Assembly: GCA_902573085.1 (NCBI GenBank)
Contig: CACGHY010000004.1
Span: 1 to 58,664 of the forward strand
Reading direction: 5' to 3'
DNA from: an uncultured Candidatus Poseidoniales archaeon
Lineage (GTDB): Archaea; Thermoplasmatota; Poseidoniia; Poseidoniales; Thalassarchaeaceae
Length of the DNA: 58,664 nt
Below are positions 10,542 to 20,896 of this stretch, piece by piece. Below the pieces are notes generated by a model, which was given only the letters and a program-made list of their open reading frames with translations, was not told where the DNA came from and ran no database searches. The first letter of the stretch is position 1, and each line of letters begins with the position of its first letter. The position numbers and the translations under genes were made by a program.

Positions 10542-11279
10542 TTATTCCCATTCATCTAGAGCCGATTGAAACACTCCGTTTCGTTCATTCGCCCTTGTTT
10601 GAATGGGACGATTGTGGCTCCTGCTCCAGGTTCTCTTAACATTCGCCCATTTTCTTCTGATACAATCCGCAAGAACTTCTTCCTGACACAATATCTCTAG
10701 GGCCTCCTTGGTCTTGGGGTCCGAGGGATATCCAGAACCTAGATCAATATTCAATTCCTGTGACAGCTCTTCCATTGCTGAGTCCCTACTTACTTTGGCG
10801 ATAATGCTTGCCGCTGCGACGACTTCATCTCTGGAATCCATCTTGTGCTCTGAATAAATCTTACAATCATGCCAACCATCTCCAAGAGTCTTGGACACCA
10901 TCCTACCGAACCTCTCCTCATCAACGTCACATGCATCGAGATAAATCTCTAGATTTCCCCCGGGTTCAGCGACATCTCCTATTGCTTCGGAAAAGAGGAG
11001 CACCTCTAACGAATTCAGGTTCTCGTCATCCATCCACTCGTCTATTCTTCTTGCATCACAAATTACCAAACCAATGGTCCAATCTAATGATTCAGTATAT
11101 GACAAAATCTCCTTATAGAGGCGATTCCTATTCTTTTTACTGAGATTCTTCGAATCATCGACTCCCAAATCTCTGAGAATCGACCTGTCTCTCTCAGGAA
11201 TATTAAGCGCTGAAACAACTAGTGGCCCAATGGCGGGACCCCTTCCGGCCTCGTCCACCCCTATATGCCGTGCAAGCAT
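10542..11279 (-). CDS. rnhB: Ribonuclease HII
   Basis: GVDEAGRGP, DSK, DACD, VAAASIIAKVSRD, GSGYPSDP. Confidence 0.95.
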   Translation of the reverse strand: MLARHIGVDEAGRGPAIGPLVVSALNIPERDRSILRDLGVDDSKNLSKKNRNRLYKEILSYTESLDWTIGLVICDARRIDEWMDDENLNSLEVLLFSEAIGDVAEPGGNLEIYLDACDVDEERFGRMVSKTLGDGWHDCKIYSEHKMDSRDEVVAAASIIAKVSRDSAMEELSQELNIDLGSGYPSDPKTKEALEILCQEEVLADCIRRKWANVKRTWSRSHNRPIQTRANERNGVFQSALDEWE

Positions 11280-11370
11280 GCCCACTCCAACAGAACTAAT
11301 TCCATCAAAACTACTGTTTAACGACTCAAAATAGGGAAAATATGATGCCATAATTCTCCGCTAACGGCAC

Positions 11371-11568
11371 ATGGGACCCGTATGGCCCTTCAAGAAGAAG
11401 AAACCCTCGAAATCGAAAGTATCTCGTACGAATTACATGAGGAATTTGGTTGAGTATGAGAAAAAATCAGGAAAGAAAGAGGAAAAAAAGGATGACAAAA
11501 GCCATCTGAAGAATAAGCAGTTCTTGAACGCGATGAAACTTCTCTCTGAAGAGGAAGATGAGAACTAG
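11371..11568 (+). CDS. Small basic hypothetical protein
   Basis: 65-aa ORF filling the rnhB-pheT gap; WPF followed by a Lys-rich body. Confidence 0.5.
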   Translation: MGPVWPFKKKKPSKSKVSRTNYMRNLVEYEKKSGKKEEKKDDKSHLKNKQFLNAMKLLSEEEDEN

Positions 11569-13319
11569 GATATCGGATCAGGGACTAACCTGTATATTGC
11601 CTCTAAGTCGATCTCTCCTGCTTGAATTGGAGATTTAATTCCGAAAAAGCCGCTAACTTTCGGATCAATCTCTCCGAACTCCCCAATCTTCTCTTCTTGA
11701 ATAAAAACATGGCTCCCCCTTCCACTTATCCAAGGTCCATCCTCAGCATCTGTAGGCCTGAATTCAACATCATCTTTAATCGCCCCCATATCTCGAAGAA
11801 GGGCTTGGACAATGCCCTTTGAAGAAGTAAATCCACTGCCTACTTCTGCACACGCCCACGCCGCTCGTTGGAAGTTCTTTGAATCTCGGATGACATCTCC
11901 TAGTTCGTAAATCCTCTGTGGGAGCTCATGATGGCGATTGGCTGCAAGCAGTCTTAGTAGCGAAGGCAGGATGTATTGTCTTAGAAGAGTGTGATCTGAT
12001 GTTATTGGATTTGCTATCTCTGTAACATATCCTTCATTTGGCCATCTAACATTTTCGAACTGATCTCTTTCGTTTGAAAGGGTCAGGCTCTGCACTTCTT
12101 GGAGGCCGCACGCCCTCATGCTTTCACCAACCCTCCTCTTCAGGTTAGAGCTCTTCAATGGGAGTGCATCAAGATGTGTTGTAGAAAGCTTCAGCGGAAG
12201 ATTCTGGAAACCGAAACCGATTGCGATATCTTCCACAATATCAACTGGGTGCATGATGTCGCTCCTCCATCGAGGCATTTTGATTAGATGCTCGACCTCT
12301 CCAACCACACAGTCGGACCACCTCCCACTCTGGTTAGGGCCATCTGTAACTGTACGGCTCTCTTCCAATGAACCGCCCATTTTTTTGATTGAAGATGACA
12401 ATTCTTCTGAGCTCAATTTTATTCCCAGAATTTTCTCAATTAGGCCGTCTGGAACCCGATGAGTTATGGCTTCTCCTTTTGGAGTAAAATGCTGCTCTCC
12501 GTCAGTGTCATTTAGTTGGATACTCTCAATTTCTCCTCCTCTCTCGGACATAGATAGACAGACGAGTAGTAGCGATGCTTCACACGCTCTTCTGTCCCAA
12601 CCCGTTACATCGATGAAAAAGTCAGTAGTTTCTTCGCTTACTGTGGTGTGACTTCCATTGATTATTGGGGGGAATGATAGCACCTTGTCATCAGAGTCCA
12701 GAATTACTGGAAACTCCTTCAGATCTTGCATGAGATGGGCATATTCTATTCCCTTGGGATGATCTGTAAGTATTTTCTCAATGCTCATCTCCTCCATACT
12801 AGCTAGAGGGGTGAAGGAAAATTCTGAGGATACAGTCGTTACTCGAAACGGAGGTCTGAGTGTATTGAGATCATGGACTCCGATCGAGGCGAATCTTCGC
12901 TTTCTCCCAAGCGTCATATGCAACTTTTCTTGATGATCCATCAGGCTCTGGATGAAATCTCCCCTTTCGTCAGAATCAGCACCCGTATCTACGGCTCTAA
13001 CAACTGCACCCATTACAATAGGCCTCACACTTGTTAGTTGAGGCTCTACTGTTAGAGAAATTTCACCCGTTGTTACAGCCATGTCCGCAGCTTCCTCGCT
13101 CAGATTAAGGAATGATCTACACGCCCTACTCATAGTCTCATGACTTAGTAAGTCTGGACGATCTGGAAACACCTCCACTTCTACCGACTGTTCTTCATTT
13201 TTATCAACAGGGCAACCAATATCGGGGAGCCAATAAGACCATTCTTCCCATCTGTGATCAATTCCATTGATCTTCTGAACAAATTCAAGAATAGAGTGTT
13301 TGAAGTCCAAGGTAGGCAT
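11565..13319 (-). CDS. pheT: Phenylalanine--tRNA ligase beta subunit
   Basis: PDRPDLLS, QEKLH..GRKR, SFPPIING, RSDIMHPVDIVEDIAIG, NPIT, IYELG. Confidence 0.96.
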   Translation of the reverse strand: MPTLDFKHSILEFVQKINGIDHRWEEWSYWLPDIGCPVDKNEEQSVEVEVFPDRPDLLSHETMSRACRSFLNLSEEAADMAVTTGEISLTVEPQLTSVRPIVMGAVVRAVDTGADSDERGDFIQSLMDHQEKLHMTLGRKRRFASIGVHDLNTLRPPFRVTTVSSEFSFTPLASMEEMSIEKILTDHPKGIEYAHLMQDLKEFPVILDSDDKVLSFPPIINGSHTTVSEETTDFFIDVTGWDRRACEASLLLVCLSMSERGGEIESIQLNDTDGEQHFTPKGEAITHRVPDGLIEKILGIKLSSEELSSSIKKMGGSLEESRTVTDGPNQSGRWSDCVVGEVEHLIKMPRWRSDIMHPVDIVEDIAIGFGFQNLPLKLSTTHLDALPLKSSNLKRRVGESMRACGLQEVQSLTLSNERDQFENVRWPNEGYVTEIANPITSDHTLLRQYILPSLLRLLAANRHHELPQRIYELGDVIRDSKNFQRAAWACAEVGSGFTSSKGIVQALLRDMGAIKDDVEFRPTDAEDGPWISGRGSHVFIQEEKIGEFGEIDPKVSGFFGIKSPIQAGEIDLEAIYRLVPDPIS

Positions 13320-13323
13320 TAAT

Positions 13324-14865
13324 TCACCCTAGTTCTAACCACATTTTCAGCGGACGTTCATATCCAATAAGCCTCAGTCCGGATATTGCAGCGGTATCGT
13401 AGTCGTTGGCTCTGAGATTCCTCCTTCCAATCCTATCTATTCGATCAACTCCTATGTCTCTCATCAAGCCTCGTATTTCTTTTCCAAGATTCTCAATCTT
13501 TGAATGTACGCTCCCACCCATATTAGGAGAAACTATCGCAGTAAAACCAGATGCTGCAGCGATTAGCATATCCTTGGCTTTCGGCTCAAAGTCGACCTCC
13601 AGCATCACGAACTTACCCGTCTCACCGATTCCCATTGCCTTTGATGCAAGGCCTATCCTCGGGAGGGTAGATGCAAGTCTTGAACCACTGGGCGTTGAAC
13701 AGATTACTACTGCACCGTCCAGCTCCAGGTCCATCACTAATCTGAACACCCTCTCAATTCTGTCAATTCTTCCCCTGAGCAGAATTATTGCGTTATTTTC
13801 CATCCTACTTCTCAAAGAAATCACCATAGCCTCTATTTCTGAATCATTAAGACCAGGAAAATCAGTAATGTCCAAAATTAGTCCAGAGCAATTCCTAACA
13901 AAGTCAATTGACTCTGCGAACTCTTTCTTACCAACTAGAAGCAAATCATTAGTCCTGGTATCGGAGCGAACAATTGCTGGCGCTGCTACCCCGTCCCATT
14001 CTTCTGAACCAAATGTGGTCTGGCAGCTAATTAGCCAGGGAATTTCAAGTAACGCACCTTCTGAATCCGAGTCATCCTTTACAAGAAGTGTATAGTGATC
14101 CAGTATGGCATTATCTGACAGAGAGTCTTCATTGGGGTGCAAGGAAATTTTTCCAAATGCTTCTAGGATTGAACTCTTTGGGAGTTTATCCTCCAAATTT
14201 TTTTTCTCTCCCGGTTCTAGAACCAATGCGTCTTCATTTAGTTCAAGTCCCATCGGTTCTAGGATTTTTTCGAATTCTTTGATTTCTGATTTCTTTATCG
14301 ATCTCATCTCCACACCATCGGGAGGGGGAGGACAGCTCCCTGAGACAATAATCCTCCCTCCAGTCATTCCTGTTCCAGGATCCGACCCTACTGAACCCAT
14401 AACAATAACAGATCCTCCAGACATTCTAGAACCCAGGTAGTCTCCTGCGTGTCCTCTGACTAACAAGACTCCCCCGCTCATGCCTGAACCTGTCTCATTA
14501 CCAGAAGACCCTTGGATGCTTATTTCTCCGCCCTGCATCCAAAACCCAGCTTTATCTCCTACATCCTTCTCAATTACTGTCTTTCCTTTGACATGGAATG
14601 ACGCAACCATTGAACCAGTACTTCCCCTAACAGTCAGGGTTCCCCCTCTATTTGCTGCTCCTACTAATGGCCCTAGATTGCCTAGACATAGTACCTTGGC
14701 CCCTTCCGGCAAGTGCGTTAGTACGCCAAACTCTCCATCCTTCGGCCTCTCATCTCCCGCTCTTCCCCATCCTATTTTCACTGGCCTACCCTGCTCAAGA
14801 GCCTGTTCGACGTATCTATCCAGATCTTTGTTGAGTTTCATACTCTTGATTGCCAACTCCTTCAC
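13324..14865 (-). CDS. GXGXG (GltB C-terminal/FwdC-like) beta-helix fused to a degenerate glutamate-synthase FMN-domain-like region
   Basis: Repeated G..M.GG.I.V.G units in the N-terminal 180 aa; C-terminal GLMRDIGVDRIDRIGRRNL resembles the end of GltB FMN barrels. Confidence 0.6.
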   Translation of the reverse strand: MKELAIKSMKLNKDLDRYVEQALEQGRPVKIGWGRAGDERPKDGEFGVLTHLPEGAKVLCLGNLGPLVGAANRGGTLTVRGSTGSMVASFHVKGKTVIEKDVGDKAGFWMQGGEISIQGSSGNETGSGMSGGVLLVRGHAGDYLGSRMSGGSVIVMGSVGSDPGTGMTGGRIIVSGSCPPPPDGVEMRSIKKSEIKEFEKILEPMGLELNEDALVLEPGEKKNLEDKLPKSSILEAFGKISLHPNEDSLSDNAILDHYTLLVKDDSDSEGALLEIPWLISCQTTFGSEEWDGVAAPAIVRSDTRTNDLLLVGKKEFAESIDFVRNCSGLILDITDFPGLNDSEIEAMVISLRSRMENNAIILLRGRIDRIERVFRLVMDLELDGAVVICSTPSGSRLASTLPRIGLASKAMGIGETGKFVMLEVDFEPKAKDMLIAAASGFTAIVSPNMGGSVHSKIENLGKEIRGLMRDIGVDRIDRIGRRNLRANDYDTAAISGLRLIGYERPLKMWLELG

Positions 14866-14995
14866 TTTGGTCCCCCCTTTGTAATATTCTGTAATCAGAA
14901 AGAGGCGACCCGTTATTGACTCTTCCCGAATTCGCTATGTTCATAGGCATCCTTCAGACTAGGTTATTCGTAGGCAACAACATGGGGATTCGATA

Positions 14996-16036
14996 ATGGG
15001 AACCATAAAAGTGGCAATCAATGGATTCGGTACGATAGGAAAACGAGTAGCCGATGCGGTAGACGCACAAGATGACATGGAAATTGTTGGTGTTACCAAG
15101 ACTGGCCCGAGCTTCGGTTGTGAACTGGCAATAAAGAAAGCCTTCCCTCTATATTGCACGTTCGACGACAAAGAAAGAATATCCCTCTTTGAAAAAAAGG
15201 GGTACGGTTGCTCAGGAGGACTTTCCGATTTGCTTTCGATCGCGGATGTGGTTGTAGATTGCGCTCCTGGTAAATTGGGTGCTGAGAACCTTGAGAAATA
15301 TCGCTCTGCCGGAGTTAAACATATATTCCAAGGTGGAGAAAAACACAATCTCACCGGACTATCCTACACATCTTCCGCTAATCATAAGGAGAATTTGAAT
15401 GCCGAAGGAACAAGGGTGGTTTCATGCAATACTACAGGCCTATCTAGAACACTTGTGCCACTATTCGAGCACTGTGGCTCGCTGAAAGTTGAGTGTACAA
15501 TGGTTAGGCGTGCGGCAGATCCAGGAGACTCCGGCAAGGGCCCGATTAATGCGATCAAACCTGTTCTAAAGGTCCCTAGCCATCATGGACCAGATGTCAT
15601 GACGGTCAAACCCCAGATTCAGATAAATAGCCTAGCAGTAGCAGTCCCTACCACAATAATGCATGTTCACTGTATTATTGCAGATTTACCAAAGGGCCAC
15701 GGCTTATCCACAGAGTCGATAATCGAAATGTGGTCAAACACTCCTAGGGTTATTATCATGAATGGCGCCGATGACAGAATCCCTACTACTGCAGAGGTGA
15801 TGGAGATGGCTAGAGATATAGGTAGAAAGTGGGGAGACTTGCACGAAATATTCGTCTGGGAAGACGGAGTGAAACTCGTGGGAGACCGGCTATATTACTT
15901 TCAGGCCATACACCAAGAGAGTGACGTAATCCCGGAGAACGTAGATTGCATCAGGGCACTCATGGGTACCGAAGAAGACTGGAAGAAATCCGTCGAAAAG
16001 ACCGATTCAGCAATCAGTACCTATTATTCTACATGA
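14996..16036 (+). CDS. gap: Glyceraldehyde-3-phosphate dehydrogenase, archaeal type II
   Basis: INGFGTIGKRVADA, FQGGE, VVSCNTTGL, PSHHGPDV, HQESDVIPENVD. Confidence 0.96.
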   Translation: MGTIKVAINGFGTIGKRVADAVDAQDDMEIVGVTKTGPSFGCELAIKKAFPLYCTFDDKERISLFEKKGYGCSGGLSDLLSIADVVVDCAPGKLGAENLEKYRSAGVKHIFQGGEKHNLTGLSYTSSANHKENLNAEGTRVVSCNTTGLSRTLVPLFEHCGSLKVECTMVRRAADPGDSGKGPINAIKPVLKVPSHHGPDVMTVKPQIQINSLAVAVPTTIMHVHCIIADLPKGHGLSTESIIEMWSNTPRVIIMNGADDRIPTTAEVMEMARDIGRKWGDLHEIFVWEDGVKLVGDRLYYFQAIHQESDVIPENVDCIRALMGTEEDWKKSVEKTDSAISTYYST

Positions 16037-16090
16037 CTTGATTGCCAGCCCGGTAAGAGTCAATAGTCAAAAGAGGTCATAGCCTCCCAA

Positions 16091-19000
16091 ATGTTGATGA
16101 CTCCTAGAAGAGCAATTTACTTTGCTATTTCGTTAATTTTGCTATCACCTATTTCTTCTACAGTTTTGATGGAAAATAATGACGAGAAAAGGGCACAATC
16201 TAATTCCTCGCCGACAACAGAAAATAACTGGGTAGTTCTTCGTAATCCATCAATTGGCTATCATCCAATTAGCGAGACTTCTGGATTAATACATTCACCA
16301 TTCGGAATATTCGATCCTTTGAATGAATCCCCTCCTGTAGGACCATGGGAAAAGGCAGGTCTCTCCAGTTCCAGTGATGGAAGGCTATTCATCGTACAGT
16401 CACATAGTTCTGACCTACAGGAATTGGAGGACTCCTTAAACTTCCTAGGAATACAAATTATTGATCATTTTCCAGATGATTCCGTCGTCATTAGCATTGC
16501 ACCGTGGAGAACAAGTGAGCAAATCGACACCATCAAAGAATTGAATCAAGTTAGGTGGGTCGGTCAGTTTCCCGCAATGTGGAAGATTTCCGAGACACTG
16601 TACCCGTTAATTGATCTGGATGGGAGCTTAGTCGACCTCGATGTCACCCTTTCTCCCTCTAACACTCCTGACGACCTATCAAATCTTGAAAGGGAACTTT
16701 TCGAGAAAACCGGAGAATTACATTCCCAGTCTCACTGCGACATATATCTATGTAAGATAAAATCCGCTAAAACGTCCCTTATCGACTCTCTTGTTTCCGA
16801 TTTCCGCGTTCTTAGGGTGGAGATGGGGGCTGTCTTGACAATACACAATTCAAATGCTAGCATAATCTCGGGAGTAGACTATGCAAGATCACTGTCTGAA
16901 TTAGATTTACGCGGAGACGGTGAAGTCATAGGAATTTCAGACACAGGCCTTGACGTAGATCATGGAGACTTCGGAAATCGTCTCCGAAACCCGATCTACA
17001 ACTTATTTGGCCCAGACAGCTCTGGTGCTGACTCCAATACTGGCCACGGCACTCACGTTACCGCCACCCTTCTGGGGGACGGATCGGGAGACTCAAATTC
17101 TACGGGCATTGTACCCGAGTCTACATTTCATTTCTACCAGTTAGAAGTGGATAGTTCTGGAATACTAGCACGCTGGGGTTCTCTATACGATATGTTCGAA
17201 CACTCTTTCCTGAATGACGCAACTATCCACACAAACAGCTGGGGTAGCGAGAACCTGGTCGGCGAGTACACTTCCGATGCCAGATCAATTGATTTATTCG
17301 CGGATGACTATCCAGGGATGTTAGTTATTTTTTCATCGGGAGATATGTCAGACATGGGTGTCGCATCTCCTAGCACTGCAAAGAATTCCCTCACTGTTGG
17401 CGCTTCCACAACAGGTGCATTCGATTCTGAATCTCTTGGCCAAGTCTCTAACGAATCATCATCGGGCCCTACTTCCGACGGCCGAATCAAGCCCGAATTG
17501 GTTGCACCCGGTGTTATGATATGCTCTGCTAGAGCCCAAGAGGCCGTTCTATCCACAGGAGGGAGTTGCTCAGATTCGATGCATACGGATGGAACAACTC
17601 CACTCTACATGACCCTAAGCGGGTCTTCTATGGCTACTCCGGTGGTCGCAGGCGCTTCAGCAATGGCTCGGCAATTCCTGAGAGAGGAAGTCGGCCTTAT
17701 GTCCCCCAACTCTGATTTGCTTAGGGCAATACTCGTTAACGGTGCCGAAGATATTGGCGAATTAGATGTCCCAAACCCGCGAGAGGGCTGGGGGCAACTA
17801 AACATCTCAAACAGTATATTCCCCCAAAGCAACGGAATAAACCAAACCCTATTTTTAGATCAGGATAGAAATCTCCTACCCGGTCATAGTTTCATCTATA
17901 CCTTCGAAGTCTCCGGGAATAACGAACTCGATGCTACTCTATCTTGGAATGACAGGGAAGGGTCGGCATCAGCAGACCAGAATACGAGTAGGCTGGTAAA
18001 CGACCTAGACTTAGTCGTAACCTCACCTTCGGGAGAGCAATTCAACGGCAATGACTTCGCTGGCGGTTATAGTCAATCAACTGGCAATATAGACATATTG
18101 AATAACCTAGAGAGGGTCAAAATCGGTTCTACTGAATCAGGAATTTGGACAGTCAAGATAGGACATTCCGGAGGCTTCTCCCAAGACTTCTCACTGGTCG
18201 TTTCTTCCAATGCAATCGAGTTGCAAGAGGCCGATTTAACAGTAGTTCCCAATTCCATATTCAGTTCAGAAACAAGTCCTCTAAAGGGGGACACAATTTC
18301 TTTACAACTTTCCTGGATAAATCAGGCTGCAGCACCAACCGGGCAGTATTCAATATCACTTGAAGATGTGACAGATGGAAACGAGATTGGGACATACTCA
18401 ATGCCCTCATTACCGGGGGGTCAGATAGAGACGTTCTCCATTTACCATTCATTCCAGTCGACCGGGACACACTTGGTCAGACTGAGACTAGATTACCTTT
18501 CTCAAGTTGATGAATTGAATGACGAAACCATAGGGACAGATAATAACATCTTCGATCTGGAATTCAATGTTACAGAGATTGGTGTAAGAATCATACCGCT
18601 AATGGAAGACGGTTCTTATCCTACTGATTTCGTCGAGTCTCAGTCTGCCAGGAATAGGGACATCAACCCCAGCACCGAGAGCTGGGCAAACTTCCAGTTA
18701 GAGTTAGTTAACGAAGGAACTTCGGAAACCACCCTAGAACTTTCGATTTCTGCAGTCCAGGAAATAAGCGAGACCGGAATCATGTCGTCCCCCCAGGATG
18801 AGTGGTCCGGGACCCTCAGCGATCCAGGACCGTGGGTTCTGTCTCCATCGGGAGAGTCTGGAGATAGAGTCCTAATCTCTCTGAATTTAACAGACGAAGA
18901 TGCAGACGTAGAGAGTCGATTCGCACTCCCCGGACATTTTGTGACCGACCTCATTCTATACGACAAGATGGCACCAACAATTTCTCATTCTGTTCGACTT

Positions 19001-20857
19001 TCTGTCGATATTGACCGGGTCGAGGGACTCTACACAGTGTCTGCCGGGACAGAAGATCTAGGGGCCGAACCAAACGAATTCGCGCTTTTCACACTCTCAG
19101 TTAGGAACATAGGTAATGGCCCCACAGAATACGCAATTTCGTGTGAAACAGAAGATAGGTGGATTGTTCACGTAGGAAGCAGCCAAGTTCCGGAAGTAAC
19201 AATTGGTCCGCTCAGCAGACTCCAATTCGTCCCTGTTCCGATTCGTGTAAAGGTCCCACCAGCCTCGTCTGGTATCCTCGCAGGGTATACAAATCTAGTA
19301 ACCTGTGTCACAACTTCGGTAAACGACCCAAATCTGCAAACTACGGAGACAGCCACAGTCGAAGTTCTAGAGAGCAAGGCTTTCTCAACTCAGATTTCAG
19401 ATATAGAAGGAAACGAATTTGGGCCCGTAGCCATATCTGAATCTCGTGCAGTACAAAACGGCGACACAATTTCTACAATACTGACAATTTCTAACAGGGG
19501 GAATATTCCACTAAATTTCGACGTAAGGGCACTATCATCTAGCAATACCTGGCCAATTCAGGTTTACCTGTTCGACGAAGACCCTCCATTGGGAGAGTCC
19601 ACAACAATACAAACAGATATCGATCCCGGTTCAGAATCCAGAATAATCATCAGGACTATTGTTCCCCTAGCCTCGGTAAAAGGCGATAGAAACACCGTTA
19701 CTATCAAGACTACTTTAGACGACAATATTGTCACGAACGCGACGGTCCTAGAAGTGAAAGAAATCACAACTCTGGATGTACAGGCAGAAGAAGGGTTCTC
19801 AATCTCTCTGGGTAGAGATGGGAATGCCAATATTTTCTTGCACAATTCTGGAAACGTACCTCTGTTAATTGAGCTCACACTAGGCACTCTTCCTGAGGGA
19901 TGGTCTGGAGGCTTCCTGACAGGAAGCACATTCTCCATGGACATGAATCGAGACTCTGTAGTCAAAATCGCACTGCAGTTGCCTAGCGGCACCCCTCCAG
20001 GAACTCTAGTAAATAAGGTTCCAGTGATAATACAGTCTACATCGCCCAGCCTTTCCACTGAAACAATCACGATAGATATGGATGTAATCGTCCTACCCTC
20101 AGTTTGGCTGGAAGTTCAATCTGAAACCCCCAGCATTCAGGGGATTGGCGTGGGCGAGGAAACAACTCTGGTATTGGAAGTGCGAAACAAGGGCAACACT
20201 GAATCCCCGATTTTAATCGGCCATCAAGAACTTGATGGTTGGACTGTAAAATACCAATGGCCAGCAGAGGAATTAGCGCCAGGGGATCATTACGAAATTA
20301 CAGTTTCATTAACCCCTAGAAAATCGGCAGAGGACGGACTCACTCAGTTGCGATTCTATGCCAATTCAACAGCCCAGGACAGCATAGCAACCTTGACTAA
20401 CTCGTCCTTTGTTTTTGAAGTCAGCAAATCTAAATCTTCCAACCAGGGAGGATTGTCCGGGTTTTTCGATACTTTAGGACTCCCAGCTTGGACTCTAGCA
20501 GTACTGTTCGTGGTTGCATTGGGCGCACTAATTTCACTAGGGGTTAGGGCCAGACAGGAATTCTCCCCTGTCGATTCAGATGAAGAACTGATTCCTCGAG
20601 GATCAGCTCTACAGGCAGGGACAAAGGAAGAAAGAAGAGCGGCTGCTCTAGATACCTACACAACTGGGGACGTTGTTACCGGGGGAGTTTCGGAGTCCGA
20701 GATCAATGAAACGCTTCAGGCAACTATCCCCACTCTCCCTACTCATCAAGTACCCGAAGGAGCGATGCCGCTACCAATCACCGGACTTCCAGATGGGTGG
20801 TCAATGGAACAATGGGCGGCATATGGGCACCTTTGGTGGGAACAAAACGGCCCCTGA
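16091..20857 (+). CDS. Giant membrane-anchored S8 subtilisin-like serine peptidase with CARDB/Ig-like repeats
   Basis: Signal peptide, catalytic D (ISDTGLD), H (GHGTHV), S (GSSMATP), DGRIKPE, LVNDLDL, repeated N-x-G-N Ig-like modules, C-terminal TM helix. Confidence 0.93.
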   Translation: MLMTPRRAIYFAISLILLSPISSTVLMENNDEKRAQSNSSPTTENNWVVLRNPSIGYHPISETSGLIHSPFGIFDPLNESPPVGPWEKAGLSSSSDGRLFIVQSHSSDLQELEDSLNFLGIQIIDHFPDDSVVISIAPWRTSEQIDTIKELNQVRWVGQFPAMWKISETLYPLIDLDGSLVDLDVTLSPSNTPDDLSNLERELFEKTGELHSQSHCDIYLCKIKSAKTSLIDSLVSDFRVLRVEMGAVLTIHNSNASIISGVDYARSLSELDLRGDGEVIGISDTGLDVDHGDFGNRLRNPIYNLFGPDSSGADSNTGHGTHVTATLLGDGSGDSNSTGIVPESTFHFYQLEVDSSGILARWGSLYDMFEHSFLNDATIHTNSWGSENLVGEYTSDARSIDLFADDYPGMLVIFSSGDMSDMGVASPSTAKNSLTVGASTTGAFDSESLGQVSNESSSGPTSDGRIKPELVAPGVMICSARAQEAVLSTGGSCSDSMHTDGTTPLYMTLSGSSMATPVVAGASAMARQFLREEVGLMSPNSDLLRAILVNGAEDIGELDVPNPREGWGQLNISNSIFPQSNGINQTLFLDQDRNLLPGHSFIYTFEVSGNNELDATLSWNDREGSASADQNTSRLVNDLDLVVTSPSGEQFNGNDFAGGYSQSTGNIDILNNLERVKIGSTESGIWTVKIGHSGGFSQDFSLVVSSNAIELQEADLTVVPNSIFSSETSPLKGDTISLQLSWINQAAAPTGQYSISLEDVTDGNEIGTYSMPSLPGGQIETFSIYHSFQSTGTHLVRLRLDYLSQVDELNDETIGTDNNIFDLEFNVTEIGVRIIPLMEDGSYPTDFVESQSARNRDINPSTESWANFQLELVNEGTSETTLELSISAVQEISETGIMSSPQDEWSGTLSDPGPWVLSPSGESGDRVLISLNLTDEDADVESRFALPGHFVTDLILYDKMAPTISHSVRLSVDIDRVEGLYTVSAGTEDLGAEPNEFALFTLSVRNIGNGPTEYAISCETEDRWIVHVGSSQVPEVTIGPLSRLQFVPVPIRVKVPPASSGILAGYTNLVTCVTTSVNDPNLQTTETATVEVLESKAFSTQISDIEGNEFGPVAISESRAVQNGDTISTILTISNRGNIPLNFDVRALSSSNTWPIQVYLFDEDPPLGESTTIQTDIDPGSESRIIIRTIVPLASVKGDRNTVTIKTTLDDNIVTNATVLEVKEITTLDVQAEEGFSISLGRDGNANIFLHNSGNVPLLIELTLGTLPEGWSGGFLTGSTFSMDMNRDSVVKIALQLPSGTPPGTLVNKVPVIIQSTSPSLSTETITIDMDVIVLPSVWLEVQSETPSIQGIGVGEETTLVLEVRNKGNTESPILIGHQELDGWTVKYQWPAEELAPGDHYEITVSLTPRKSAEDGLTQLRFYANSTAQDSIATLTNSSFVFEVSKSKSSNQGGLSGFFDTLGLPAWTLAVLFVVALGALISLGVRARQEFSPVDSDEELIPRGSALQAGTKEERRAAALDTYTTGDVVTGGVSESEINETLQATIPTLPTHQVPEGAMPLPITGLPDGWSMEQWAAYGHLWWEQNGP

Positions 20858-20896
20858 GCCGGTTCATTTTTCTGTGGCTCCTCGCGCCGTAGATCC

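Noticed and set aside
14300-14720. Formylmethanofuran dehydrogenase subunit C
   Set aside because: The GXGXG beta-helix is shared with GltB, and no other fwd genes are nearby.
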